Part shown: piece after piece, positions 45,326 through 61,897 of the stretch
Position numbering within the stretch: the stretch's first letter is position 1
Layout: every line of letters begins with the position of its first letter
Origin: the human T2T-CHM13v2.0 reference genome, Homo sapiens
Direction: 5' to 3' (one strand)
NCBI RefSeq assembly: GCF_009914755.1
Contig: NC_060941.1
DNA: 64,000 nucleotides
The notes under the pieces: model-generated
What the model saw: the letters and a program-made list of their open reading frames with translations, nothing else
Told to the model about the DNA's origin: nothing
Database searches by the model: none
Program-made: the position numbers and the translations under genes

Positions 45326-46954
45326 TAAAGAAAATATTTTATGCCTTGTGCTTATGAACTTCCCAGATGACAGAAATATTTGGGAAATTTACACCTAAAT
45401 CACACTGGTACATTAATAAGGTTAAGGATATCCTTTTAGCTTTCTTGATTTTACAGATCTAAATATACTACAAATTGCTTTTGCTATGATCTTGGGTATT
45501 CTTTGAATATGACTTATTCTTGATCTCATCTCATATGTCTGCTCTCTTAGCACAATCTTAAGCTCAATATTGCTCAAATTGCATAAATTACATATCGTGT
45601 TTACTTACAACTTTGTTTTCTTGCTAATATTATAACAATAGCAAAAGCAACAATAATAAAACCATCTCTGATCCTGGAATCATCTTCCAAAAAACAAGTT
45701 TGGGTATTCTGACTTCATCTCTGATTCCAACTTTCTCTATCTGCATGTATTCAATCATAGGCCTAGAACCATCCCTCTATTTCCTAACAGCTCCTCTATC
45801 AATCTGCCACCACGCTGTTTTAATTTCTCACTAGCTTTGATATTGAAGTATTTTATTAGCTACCATCTGGTCTTTAAACCTTAGTCTCTTTTCCCATTTC
45901 AAACTTATAATTGTCTAATAAATTATATTTCCAAAGACCAATTCTGGCCATTAGAAGATGATTTCTCTCTGTTGGTGTTGTCCACCTTCAGTCAAGGCCA
46001 AACTGTGGTCCTCAAATTTTCTTTTCCAATGTTTACCTCAGTGTTCTTCCCTCATCCTATGTTTCAGTCAATTGAGAATTTCAGAGCTTCCGCTCTGCGC
46101 CCCATGCCTTTCCTTCACAATATGCATACTCATTTGCTCCTGCTACTTGGAAAATTATTTCTACTACTGCCTTATGTACCGCTCCAACATAGTTGCAGGT
46201 TCTTATTCTACCAAGACTTCAGGATTCCCTTTGAATTCCAACTTCTTTATGCAATATCCCTGGCTTACTGTCTTCTGAGCTGCCATATTTCTAACTTAGC
46301 AACCAACATAACATACCCATACTTTTCTGAGAGGACTTATACTTCCCACCTGCCATTCAATCTATATCTTATTTTTTATAATAGACTTTAAATATATATT
46401 ATAATGCTAAAATAACATAATCATAAGAATATTAAAAAGCCTGTTTTAATGTGTTTCGTGGATGGCAAAAATATAGATATTACGAAACATTCACAAAAAA
46501 ACATGAAGAACAAAATGTTGTATACAATTCCAGAACAAAGAGAAACAATGACTCATGCTTTTCAGAAATGTTTAATATTGACAAGTTTATATGCAGGAGA
46601 TTACAGAATTGAAAGATAACTTTTTAAAAGTTCATATGCTAGGATTTCCCCAAGACTTCTAGTACAGCTATTATTGAGGGGAATATAAAGATTCAGCAGT
46701 AACATCAGATGAGCAGGTCTCCTGTTGCTTTTTTTGTTTTAGTTTGTTTCTTTGTTTGAAAGAGAACTTTTTTGAAGGCCCTTGAAACACTTTACAAATT
46801 GAATTTCAGAAAATATTTCATCAATTTATTTCCATGCAAGAAATGAGAAACCAACATTGATTTTTGTAATTTTTAATTCCTCTTGAGAAATGGAGAAAAA
46901 GTGCTATATTTTATTAGTTTGAACTCATTTACTCAATTTAAATGCTGTATTTTA

Positions 46955-47210
46955 AATTAATTTATTCAACAAATGTTTACAGATTGCCTACTATGTTTCT
47001 ATCATGGTGCAGGAACTCCAGATTTAATTGGAGAGGGGGTTACAAAACAGACATGGTTCCTGCTTTACAGAAATTTAGATTCTAGATGGCAAAAAAAAAA
47101 TTAAACTTGGGACCAAAGTGGTTTCATACTAACAAATAATAATAAGTGCTGCACAGCATATAGAACAGTGACTTAATCTAATCAGAGGCTGAGTGCAATT
47201 TTCCCTGAAA
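46955..47210 (-). mobile_element. L2 3' end
   Basis: 'tttattcaacaaatgtttacagattgcctactatg...aaaacagacatggttcctgc'. Confidence 0.75.
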
Positions 47211-47899
47211 TTTTATTTATTCTTGATAATGGGTTATTTAAATTTATTCTTTTGTGAACTAGCTTTTCATTTCCTTTGCCTATTTTTCAATTGGGGTATT
47301 TGTCTTTTTCTAATTAAACATATTAAAGAAAATTTAAAGGAGATATAAATCCAGTGTAATGTCCCAACCAAAAGTAAAGACTAAATTATTTATTGTGAAT
47401 TGCCTTCAGTTCAAGGCAAATATGTGCATTGTATAAGTATTTAGTTAATGTGATGATGCAATTTGAACCCTATTCTTTATCTTTAGTAATAACAATCTGT
47501 AATTACTTAATTTGTTTATTTCTCGGTTGTCTCTATTTCCTGTTTTAGTAACAAGAATATAAGTAGAAGAATGCATGGCTCTCATCTATCTTGTTCCATA
47601 TATTACTAGGATTTTGCACAAGTTAGATATTAATAAAATATATATTGGATAGTAAAACAAATATTTTCTGTGTATGCAATTCTGATACTTAACATTTTTG
47701 AGAGTATTGTGATATAATATGGACTTTTTGATGGTAGTATATTAACTTTTTCATTTATTTGGTAATGCTTTCAAATATTACATTATTAATTAATATGTTC
47801 ATTAACACCACGATATATATGGATTTTTTTCCATTTTCTTTTGAATTATCTCCCAAATGTAGGAAAATGGATTCAAAGGAGATTGCTAAATTTTGCAAG

Positions 47900-48220
47900 C
47901 AGTTTATCATAGAAGTTAAGTTCACAACTTCAAGACAGACTGCTTTGTTTCACACTGACTGTATCAAAACATCTCATGTACACCATAAATATACAGAACT
48001 ACTATGTACCAACACAAATTAAAAATAAACAACATTTTAAAAATCAAAGATAGATTGCTTTGACTTCTAGGCTTCATCACTTATGAGCCACGTAGCTCTG
48101 TGCCCTGTTTCCTCATCTAGGAAATGACTGACACATAAGGTCACTGGAAGATTTAGGTGAATTAATCTATGTTGTGCTTAAAACAGTAATTGATATGCAA
48201 TTAGCAATATATGTGTTCAC
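47900..48220 (+). mobile_element. MIR, interrupted by a tiny L1
   Basis: 'ctgtgccctgtttcctcatctaggaaatg' core and 'gtgcttaaaacagt'. Confidence 0.7.
47948..48046 (+). mobile_element. ~100-bp L1MA 3' terminus with a TSD
   Basis: 'ctgtatcaaaacatctcatgtacaccataaatat...aataaa'. TSD aagacagactgctttg (47932-47947) and aagatagattgctttg (48047-48062). Confidence 0.75.
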
Positions 48221-48260
48221 TCTTTTTGTGGTAGTTGTTCTGTTATTATATGAAAGTGGC

Positions 48261-48562
48261 TTTTTTTTTTTTTTTTTTTTTTTTTGACGGAGTCTCGCTC
48301 TGTGGCCCAGGCGGGAGTGCAGTGGCACGATCTCGGCTCACCGCAAGCTCCGCCTCCCGAGTTCACGCCATTCTCCTGCCTCAGCCTCCAGAGTAGCTGG
48401 GACTACTGGCGCCCACCACCACGCCTGGCTAATTTTTTGTATTTTTAGTAGAGACAGGGTTTCATCGTGTTAGCCAGGATGGTCTCGATCTGCTGACCTC
48501 GTGATCCGCCCGCCTCGGCTTCCCAAGGTACCCGGATTACAGGCGTGAGCCACCACGCCCAG
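48261..48562 (-). mobile_element. AluY
   Basis: Long T tail. TSD-like tgaaagtggctttt and tgaaaatgactttt. Confidence 0.95.
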
Positions 48563-49059
48563 TGAAAATGACTTTTAAAATAAAACCATTGTCCCTAGAA
48601 AGCACTTCAGACCCCCAAAAAAGAATAATACTGTAAGAGGCTTGGGGCTGAGTATACCATGTTAAAATAATTTAGCTGGATGTAAATTAACAAACAAAAC
48701 AAAAAATCCAAATGAAAAGCAAATATTTAACTATATAAAAGAAATACTAAATAATTGTAGCCAAATATTGGGGTAGTGAAGTAGAACTGTGAAATCGGAT
48801 AATATTACAAAAGTATACTGGAGAAGGGGCCTAAGAGTTGAACCTTAAGTAAGGAACTAGCACTACATGCAACCTCAAGTAGACATATTTTTAAAGACAG
48901 TCACTTCTTTTATAATTTCTCCATGTTATTTTTCTGAGAGCATAGCTGTACTTACACATTGATAAATGATTATGCCATGTTGCTTTTCAAAACAGTGTTC
49001 TAATTTGACTGTAAGATCTAGGAATTAATCTATATCTGATGTACTTGTAATACTCCACT

Positions 49060-49290
49060 GCTTTTCACTTTGGTAATCATTAAGAACTTGGCTCTGTTGT
49101 CAGATATCATGCATTAGTGTGACTTGAGTAAGACAATCCATCCCTTCAAGCCTTGAAAACAAAATTTGATTTGAAAAATGGCGATGGTAAAAGTACTCTC
49201 TTTGTTGGATTGATACGAGTTCAGTGAGAAAATCTATGCAAAACGGTTAGTAAAGTGCTGGACAAATAGAATGCCAGCTATTATTAGGTG
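49060..49290 (+). mobile_element. MIR
   Basis: 'ttagtgtgacttgagtaag' and 'gtaaagtgctggacaaat...gctattatt'. Confidence 0.6.
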
Positions 49291-49339
49291 AGATAAAATG
49301 TAATGTAGATATTAAAAAGCATTGGCCCACTTTCCACTC

Positions 49340-50562
49340 CATCTTCATTAAGGCATAAATGACAAATGAAAATTGTATACATTTAAGAAGTACAAATTGA
49401 TATTTTAATATAGGTGTACATTGTGAAGTAATTGCCACAATCATGCTAACATATTCATCACCTCATAGTTACCATTTTCTTTTGTCATTAGAGTACTTAA
49501 GATTTACATTCTTAGCAAATTTGAAGTTTGCAATACAATATTGTTAACTATATTCACATTGTTGTACATTAGATTTCCAGAATATATTCATCTTGTGTAA
49601 CTGAAACTTTCAACCGCTTGACCAACATCTCTCCATTTCCGCCTCCCCCCAGTCTCTGGCAACCACTATTTCGTTCTCGGTATATATCTATTCAACTATT
49701 TTAAGTTCTACATTTAAATGAAATCATGTGGGATTTGTCAATGTTGTGTCTGCTGACTTCACTTAGCATAATAACCTTCAGTTTTATCCATGTTGTCCCA
49801 AATGTCTCAAATAAGTATTTTCTTATTTTTAACACTGATTAATATTACTGTGTATGTGTGTGTACATTTTCTTTATCCATTCACCCATCAATGGAGGTAA
49901 GACTATTTCTGTTTCTTGGCTTTTGTGACTAATGCTGCAATGAATGTGGGAGTACAGATATCTCTTTAACACACTGGTTTCATTTTCATTGAATGTATAC
50001 CTAGAAATTGTATTGCTTATAGTAGTTCTAATTTTATTTATTTATTTATTTATTTATTGAGACGGAGTATCACTCTGTCATCAGGCTGGAGTGCAGTGGT
50101 GTGATCTAGACTCACTGCAATCTCTGCCTCCCGGGAGTTCTATTTTTAATTTTTGAAAAATTTTCATACCTTTTTTGTTAATAGCTCTACTAATTGATAT
50201 TCACACCAACAGTGTACAAGGGTTTTATTTTCTCCACATGTTTATCAACACTTGCTATCTTTATTTTCTTTTCGATAATGCTCATTATCACAAGTATAAG
50301 GTAACACCTCATAGTGGTTCTAATTTGTACTTTTCTGATAATTAGGGATGCTGAGCACCTTTTCTCATACCTGTTGTCCATTTGTATGTTTTGTTTTGAG
50401 AAATGTCTATTCAGGTCTTTTGTCCATTTTTTAATCATTTTTTTTTCTACTGAGTTCCTTAAATATTTTGACTATATAGTTTAACTTTTTTTACATGTAT
50501 GGTTTGCAAATATTTCCCCTAACTCTGTAAATTGCCTTTTCACTTCGTTGATTTTTTTCTTT
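49340..50562 (-). mobile_element. L1MA8/9-like 3' fragment
   Basis: 'aattgtatacatttaagaagtaca...catcacctcatagttacc' and ORF 50190-50438 (KKWTKDLNRHFSK). Confidence 0.85.
50031..50135 (-). mobile_element. Severely 5'-truncated Alu (AluSc-like) inside L1
   Basis: (TTTA)n tail plus ~75 bp of right arm. TSD agttcta(a/t)ttt starts at 50024 and 50136. Confidence 0.88.
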
Positions 50563-51530
50563 CGGAAAAAAAAATTGGCTTTAGAGTTAAATTGAGGTTG
50601 CTTGCTGACGTGATATGAAGTTAGACAAAGATGTTTATGAGAGACTCTATTACTGGTCACTCATTTCACTTCTTTAGGAAATTGGAGCAGAAAGAGAGGT
50701 TGACTCTTCACTGAGACTGGGTTTGGTCAGTCAGGTTTAGCTAATGAAGCTTGAGTTGCATGGGCCACTTCAGGGGCAAAAGCATTATTTGCTCACTGGT
50801 GCTTCTCAGCATTCTCTCATTCCCTTTTCTTCAGTTAGTGGTTTCTGGGCAAACTAAAATCGTGGAATGAAGATAATGCAAAGCAGAGGAAAATAAACTA
50901 GCATCAGAGAAGTAGATTTTGTTGACTTTGTTTGCCCACCCTGACTGATTCAAAACTTCATCTCCAAACCTTAGTTTGGCTCATTGATGAGAAAAGAATA
51001 ATAATTTGTCCTTTAAGGTTCTTGGTGCCAAGCAATTTACTGATAATTTTTGTCTTAATATTTGATCCTTGAAACATTTTCTTCACATGACAGTCGAGAA
51101 ACTTGTCCAGCAACTTTCACATTCTGAACTTCAAATGCTGGGTAATTACTCCTCAGAAGCTACAGTGGCATGTATGAATCTTAGATGGATTTCCTGTGGG
51201 GCTCAACTACAAGAACCAAAAAGGATGACTTTAATTCCCATCTCTATCTGTACCTATTAATAGGTGATCCTGCTTAAATAATTTTAAATATAAATATATT
51301 TCTGGGCTTCTATTACCTTATATGTAAACTGAAGTTAATATTACTAATCTTAAATATTTATTGCAAGTTCTTAAAACTGATGTATGCAGAAATATCAAGC
51401 ATAATTTCCAGAAGATACTAATCACCTAATGAATAGTACTTCATTTCCCATTCCACAATACTGATACTTTCCCTTTAGATACGTACTTCAAAACATAAAC
51501 CTGGAGCACCATGAGAAAATGTTAAACAGA

Positions 51531-52155
<625 letters not shown>

Positions 52156-53024
52156 CAGAATGTGTATTTCAGCAAAACCTTAAAATTTTCAAGACCCACA
52201 AGTAACCAGGTTTTTTTCATATCCAAAACATGCCTACACTCAACTGATCTGGGAGACAATAGAAGTTTATCTTAGATTAAAAATAAAGCCATGACTGCCA
52301 GATAAGATTCTACTACTACTTTATTCCAACTTATTATTTGGTAGTTTGAACTTGTTTGTAAATTTTCACATTGGTTTTAATCACTAGCATTTCAAGATTT
52401 ACTGAGGTTTATGTGTTTTTGTGTGGAAAAACATCCTGCTCTTTTTTAGACTCTAATGCTTGTTTGCTACTTAGCTAGCATAATCATCTTTTAAAATACA
52501 CGCATTGATGATAGATTTTACATTGAAATCTAGTCTAAACAACATTTTTTAAATGTAATGGGTTTTGCAAATTTGACAATAGGGTGGAATCATGACAACC
52601 GTTAAACACCAAACTCTCAACTTCTCGCTTTTGCAGTGATCAGTTCTGCCACTTTCTTGCTTTGTTACCTCCAGAAGATGATGAATGAGTAATAAAAGGC
52701 ACTTGACCATAGTACCATTTTATAATCTTGTATCATAAAAGCCCCAGCTGAAAACATTGTGGGCTTTGTGATCATGATCTCTGCCCAGTTTAGATAAACT
52801 ATGTACATGGACCAACCTACTTCCAGATCATAGTTATCTTTGCAAAGTGGGCTTGTTCTTACTGAAAATAATGTTCTTCATAGTTACCCATGGCAAACAG
52901 TGTTGTATCTCCTTGTTCATATGTAATTTGCTGAATATTAACTGATACTTTACGGAAGTCAATATGCTAAGTGCTATAAATGTTTGGTACAGAAATAATT
53001 TAGACCTAAACTTTATCACTCCTA

Positions 53025-53990
<966 letters not shown>

Positions 53991-54029
53991 GTTACATTTC
54001 TCTTCATTTTCATTCTTCCTTCTTTCTAT

Positions 54030-54920
<891 letters not shown>

Positions 54921-56564
54921 TCCCTTTTACTCTGTCTTCTCTCTCTATCTCTCTTTCTGAGGCATCATTATAAGTAGGAAAACAAGAAAAATATTGCAAT
55001 AAACTCAGTCATTTAGATCATGACTTCCATAGGAGGTGAATAGTTGCTATTCCTATCCTTTGAGCAAATTTCTGTATTATAAATTTCCTCCTATGATCTC
55101 TAAGGCAGACCACAAAGATACTAAAAAACATTATTCATATATAAAGTTACAAGTTAGGAAAGGCTCTGTAACCTAGATTTTCATGAGATATGTTAAGAAA
55201 TCACAACATCTATAAATATCTTTATATATTCAAAAAGATAATTATTAATCTCTATCCCTGGGGAAAAAAAACTATAAACTACAAGAACAATGGAAAGAAT
55301 TAAGGACAAAAAAAGACTTTTTCGTCTTGTGTGCCATTTTCCATAGTTGGACATCTTGAATTATTCTTTATTGCAACTGTAGATATACAAATTATAAGGT
55401 TGACATTTTCCTATAGGTTGGCAACTGGTGAATGTTCTTTAGTGTGTTTAAAATGACATAAGAATTTTTTTAAACATTGAGGTTAGTAATTCTGCTTTAA
55501 AATCAAGAATATTTAATGTATTTCTTTGGATTAACTTATTATTTAAATATTTTATTTATAATATCCTACCCTCTTTAGTAATCAAATAATTTTAACATGG
55601 AGGTCCTTCTCTGCAAATGTAAACCCAATTTATAAAATGTTAATTCATTTGCTTTAAGGAAAGCACACTCAACAGAACAAACTTTTTCATTATGGAGGGA
55701 AAACTCAAGGGGTTATCAAAGTCTACCTGGGGAACTTTTTCTAAATTACTTTCACATTTATTAGAGGCAGAAGTAGACATTTATTTGCAAAATATCCATA
55801 GCTATGCTGCACAGCCCACAACTTTTAGAAGCATTGTTATATAGGGAGAGAAAAAAAAAAGGTCTCAACTTTTTTCTTTATAAATTAATTAAGTTCTTTT
55901 GCTTCTATTAGTTTTCATCTAAATTAATGGCAAGCATTTTAGCCACCTGGAACTCTCCTATTATCTGATTAAAAACAACCATTTGAAATTCACCATCTAC
56001 CCAAAATGTTTACGTCAGTTTTGGTTAACACTGTTTCTTATACCTTGTGTTTTGTATTCTATTAGTTCCAAGTAATGTATTCTACCTCATTTTCAAGGAC
56101 TAAATTATATCTTATCCCTTCTTTTTCAATATAGTCACCAAGACAAATATTGATCTTTCCCATCTATTAATTTCTAAAACTTTATTCTTTTCTCGCAATA
56201 AAATTATTTGCAAAATAAAATCATTAGTTCAATAAATTTCTAAATACTTGTTTAGTCTTCTGGTCAATGAAACTAGGTACATTATTTCTTTAGAGCAGGA
56301 ATTCAGGCATAGCTAATATTAAGAGAATGAACAGTGAAGAGTATTTGTATGACAGATACATGTGTTTTCTGCCCCTTTTGGTGTGTGACCTTGGGTAGTA
56401 GCTTAAACTTTCAGGCTTATTATATCCCCATGAGTCGAATCAAGACTCTGATCTCTAAGGCACTTTCAGCTCTAAGGTTTTAAAGCTGATAATCTGAGAT
56501 TTCCTGCCAAAGTTCATCTGTTTGCTTTCTATTGTCCAGTTTTATTGATATATTGTTTCAATAA

Positions 56565-57080
56565 GCATTTTTGAATTCTGTATTATATGGCAGACATAAT
56601 TTTTTTTGGTATTAGAGAAAGAACATGAATGAGACAAGAAAGCCTCTATTCTCAGAAAGCTTAAATTCTGGAGGAGAGGTCAGTGGGACACACGCAGACA
56701 ATAAAATAAAGAATCATAAAAATCACCAAGGGGTTAAAGATGATATAAAGATCAACTCTTGGGTGTCTATTTTAGATTGAGTGGCAGGAAGGTATCTCAG
56801 ATATAAATGGCATTTTAGCCAGGTTCTGAAGGATAAAATGTTAGCCATGCAAAGATATAGAAAGAGCATTCCAGGCAGTACAAAGATTCCAAGGACCTGT
56901 TAAAGTAATAAAAAGAATGCTGTGGATGCTGGAGCATCATCAGGGAGAGAGAGACAGTCCTAGAAAAAGTCAAAGTAAGCCAAAGTCAGATCACGTAGAG
57001 TTTTGAAATGATGGAAAAGGACTTTGCCTTTCTTTTAAATCTAATGAGAAGAGGAATGACATTACTCGATGAGTTCACTT
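56565..57080 (-). mobile_element. L2 relic
   Basis: 'tgaaggataaaatgttagccatgcaaagatatagaaagagcattccaggcag'. Confidence 0.7.
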
Positions 57081-58914
57081 TTAATAATAATCATTTTAAG
57101 CCAATATTTTGTCCCTAAATAGTAAAACCAGAAATTGCTTTTAGGCAAATATTTAATACCTGGGAGCATTATCCTACCACACAAGAATAATTTCAGTCCA
57201 GATGTCTGACATCTGTAGTATATTATTAACATTTTTTTCAGGCTTCATAAATTGAAGGTGGGGAGTGGATACTTAATTATATTCTCTTACAGATTTGAAT
57301 AGAAATATGAATGGATTTAAATTTTTTAATGATAGCATTTTTTACTTCAAAGCAATTTGCTTGCAGCTATCTTCCACATACATACATGGTGAAAATAATG
57401 AATATTTAGTTTTTTCAGATAAATCAGAGTTAAATACCTTTATTTAGTCCTCTTAGAGTGGCATTTATCCTACCTTCTTCTGGAAAAAAAAAACAAAAAA
57501 CACAAACACTCCTGTATGACATTCGGATGTAAAAGATTATATAGCATTTCTTTCTCAATTATTTTTGAATATATATAATTACCTCTGTAATAACTGGAAA
57601 TATTTGTCATTTGACTTTATAACAGCTAAATATCAACTTGATATTACTTATTATTCCTCATGGGAAACAAAAATTAGATTCACGCATTATATATATTTAG
57701 AGTGTGACAGAAACTGTTCTTAGGAAGCCTCTGACATATTTACTGAGTCTTTTTTTTAATCTCTCCACTATAGAAATAGGTTCTTAAAATTTGGTTAGAA
57801 AATTATTACAACTTAATCTTGTTGATGAAAAATAATGGCTTAATTCTCTTTACATTGTCTGTATATTTTTTACATAAGTACATTGGCATAAAAAGATCTA
57901 TTAATAACTTTAGTGTATATGAGACAAATAATGTATAAGATTATATCTGCTTTATATTAGATAATAGAATCATTAAATTATATCTTTTCCGTTTTATCCT
58001 ATAAAATCAAAATTGTTTTTACAGGATGTGGAAACTTTCAGAATCAGCATGTAATATTTATTCTAGGAACTATTTGAGTTTTATAAATCAACAAGATGAA
58101 TTGAGCACCTCTTTAATTAAATATACATATTAGGTGTTGAATGACAGTAATGAGTAATGAATTATTTAACTGTTTAAGTCACAGCCCTGCCCTCAAGCAA
58201 CTTTGTAGTATAATTGGAAAGATAAGGAAAAGCTAACTAAAACCATAGTAAACAAGCACTGAATAAACCGGGAATCAGAAAAAAAAATAATTTTTAATCT
58301 CAGCTGTAACTTTAGGAAAGCCACTTAAGCTTTCATAGCCTTTGTTTGTACAACTGTAAGGAAAAAATCAAATTAATTGCTTTTTAGGATGTCTTCTAAC
58401 TAATATTCTAAGGGTTTCACAAGAATGCTTGATACTTCAAATGTACCAACTAGCTTCAGAAGATTGATGTATCTAAAATAAACACAAATCGATTCCAGCA
58501 ACATAACTGAATTATATATTAGAAAACCCACTCTCTGACCTTCAAACTCTAATTATAAATGTAGACATATGCCAATCAAGGCAATGCTTGTTATTATTAT
58601 TTTGAAGAAGAAGAAGAAAACAAACAATAAGACAGCTCAAAAGAAATGGGTATCTTCATGTGTTATATGGCAAAATTTAATGTTCCCAGCTGCAAATACT
58701 TACATCGCAGATTATCTTACATGAAGAGATAACCATGTAACCCATATCACGTTGTTGAGATATACATGGAATTGATGACTGGTGTTTCAGGAAAAAAACT
58801 TTTAAAGGTAACAGGCTCAGCTGACATATTTTTTTTTCACTTTTAGTTCTTTTCTCCTTTGCCTTGATTAGAAAACTGGGTGCTTAGAAGGGGGAAAAAA
58901 ACCTTTGAAAACAA

Positions 58915-59950
58915 AGTCTACATACAATAAATATAAAATATCTAGGAATACTTTGAACCAATGAAGTGAAAGATTTCTGCAAGGAGAAATACAAAATACT
59001 GCTAAAAATAATCATGCATGACACAAACAAAGGGAAAAATATTCCATGCTCATGGACTGAAAGAATCAGTATCATTAAAATGGTCATACTGCCCCAAGCA
59101 ATCTACAGATTCCGTGCTGCTTTCATTAGACTATCAGCAACATTCTTCAAAGAATTGGAAAAAAATCTAGGCTAAAATTCATGTAGAATCAAAAACAAGC
59201 TCAAATAGTCAAAGCTATCATAAGCTTAAAGAACAAAGCCGGAGGCATCACATTAACCAATTTCAAACTATACTATCAGGCTACAGTTAACAGAAACAGT
59301 ATGATACTGGAACGAAAACAAACATAGACCAATGGAACAGAACAGAAAACCTATATAGAAAACCACACACCTACAGCCATATGATCCTCAATGAAGCTGA
59401 CAAAAATAGGCAATAGGTAAAGGATTCCTTATTCAATAAATGGTCATGGGATAATGGGCAAGCCATGCAGAAGAATAAAATTGGACCCATATCTTTCACC
59501 ATATGGAAAACTAACTCAAGATAAATTAAAGATTTAAATATAAGACAACAAACTATAAGAATCCCAGAAGAAAAATAGAAAACATTCTGGACTTTGGAAA
59601 GAATTTATGACTAAGACCTCAAAAGCAATTGGAACAAACACAAAAATTGACAAATTGGTCCTAATTAAACTAAAGAACTTCTGCACAGCAAAAGAAACTA
59701 TTAACAGTGTAAACAGATACCCTACAAAATGGAAGAAAATGTTTGCAAACTATGCATCTGGCAAAGGTCTGATATCCAGAATCTATAAGAAACTTAAACA
59801 ATTGAACAAGCAAAAAACAAATGACCCTATTAAAAATAGTCAAAAGACATAAACAGAGACTCTCAAAAGAAGACATACAAGTGACCAACAAACACATTAA
59901 AAAAAAATGCTTCATTTCACTAATAACCAGAGAAATGCAAATAAAGTGCA
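58915..59950 (+). mobile_element. L1PA/L1PB ORF2 internal fragment without a 3'UTR
   Basis: ORFs 58966-59175 ([26 protein letters not shown]) and 59607-59852 ([19 protein letters not shown]). Confidence 0.88.
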
Positions 59951-61897
59951 AATCATTGGTAATCGACCTGGATATATGCCCTAGAACTCTGAGTTAAAGA
60001 TCTGTGGTTCACACAAAATGAATACATTGTAGTAAAATTATATAGAATAAAACAGTATATAAACTATATTTCAGTTAATTAATTTGAAATTAATTAAAGC
60101 TATACATAAAACTCAAAACTACAATGTAGGCCAAAAAGTAATGTTAGGAAAGTATAGCTTACATATATAAGTTTCTTCCAAATTTTTATAAAAGAAGTAT
60201 CTGTGGATATCTACCTATGTGATAACTTATGATATATAGTCTAAATAGACCTCAAGATATTGGTGATTTTTAGGGAAGATAACAGGGGTAACTTCTAGAA
60301 TAGCAGCATCAACCCACTGTTCATGAAACAGCCATTACTGGTGCAAATTATTATTTTTTATAAATAAAATCTCTCGGGATTGTCCTAAAAACATACATTA
60401 AATAAAGAAACATCTATTCAAGAAAATCTACCAAAGCCCTGTAAGGAGAATGTAGATTGTGTGGCACCTAAGCCATGACCTATTCCCTCCCTACTCCTTC
60501 TGTAACATAATATGATGACAGAAGCTCTAATTCAGGGAGATATGATAAAGAAGGAGGGTCCACCAGACAAGGGACAGGGTATCTCACTGGAAAGGGCAGG
60601 CTGACAGCATTTCTTACTGCCCCTGAAAACTTCATGTTCAGAGGGTAAATTCCATTAAGGGTGGTAGAGAGATTGAGGATGCCATTCCTTCATCCATACC
60701 TGCTTCATAGGACAGAGGCTTGAGCCCAGGAAAAGCAGGCCAATAATATTGGGATGCTGATTGCCTTTCCCTCACTACACTTGTAGAAAAGAAGTTCCAT
60801 ACGGGTAGAGACAAATCAAGAAAAGCAGAAAATAGCGTCCCATCCCCAGGTTCTTCTCATAAAGCAGAGGTGTCACACCAATAGAAGCAGGCGGCTGTCC
60901 ATGTGCCAGATCCAGAGATTTTGATAGAAAAGAGGCAGTATAAAAACAAAACAAAACAAACAACAACAACAAAACAGAGATCTGAATCTCTCCCCAATGG
61001 ACATGCCATTATTTGAAACTGACTATGGGACATTAAAAAGCCCAAGAGTGTTCTCAAAAACAATGGACATTTTGGTGATAAGTAACTAAGTGCAACAACC
61101 TAGACCAAAGGCCAGCAGTTTGACAGAAAGAACAAGGACTTGAATTAAAATCTACCTGTGAAAATGGGCCCCAGCTTAATTGGATCAGACTGTGGAGCAA
61201 TTTATGTCCCAGTGCTTCATCACACAGAAAAAAAAAAAAGAGAAATCAGCAAGCAATTAGTGGACCCTGAAAGCTGGATGTGACATAACAAATGCAGACA
61301 CTTTATAGGAATATCAGGGAAAAAGACAGCCAAAGAAAGTCCTGCTAAAACCACTGCCATCCTGGCATGACTGTGTGCATGCCCACAGTGCACTCTCTGT
61401 GAATCAACATCAGATGCTTTACACGGAAAAGATAATAGATTTCACTAAAATAGCCCAACTATATCACTAAACAAGAAAAAAGAAAACTACAAGAAAAACA
61501 AGGCCCAGGGAATGGAAGAATCAGTATCCAGAGTTGCTATGATAGATTCTCTTAAGTGACTAAATGTAAACAACAACGACAAGTACGAGAAATGCAAATA
61601 AATGGTGTTACACTTGGGAAGGGAAATTTAAAAACAAGCAACAGATACCATTTGTGACACGATCCAGAAATTATGAAACAGAGACTTCAAAGCAGCCATT
61701 ATAAATGTATCTGAAGAACTAAAAAAAAAAAAAAAAAAAGCATGTTTAAAGAAGTAAAGGAAGGCATAATTACAATGTCTTAGAAAGTGGAAAATTCAGT
61801 AAAACAGTTAGAAATTAGAAAAGAATGATTCAAGTAGAAATACTGCAGTTAAAAATCAATAGCAGAAATAAAAAATTCACCACAGGGGTTCATCATA

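Noticed and set aside
51069-51260. 63-aa ORF in non-repeat DNA
   Set aside because: It has a non-ATG start, no recognised domain, and a length expected by chance.
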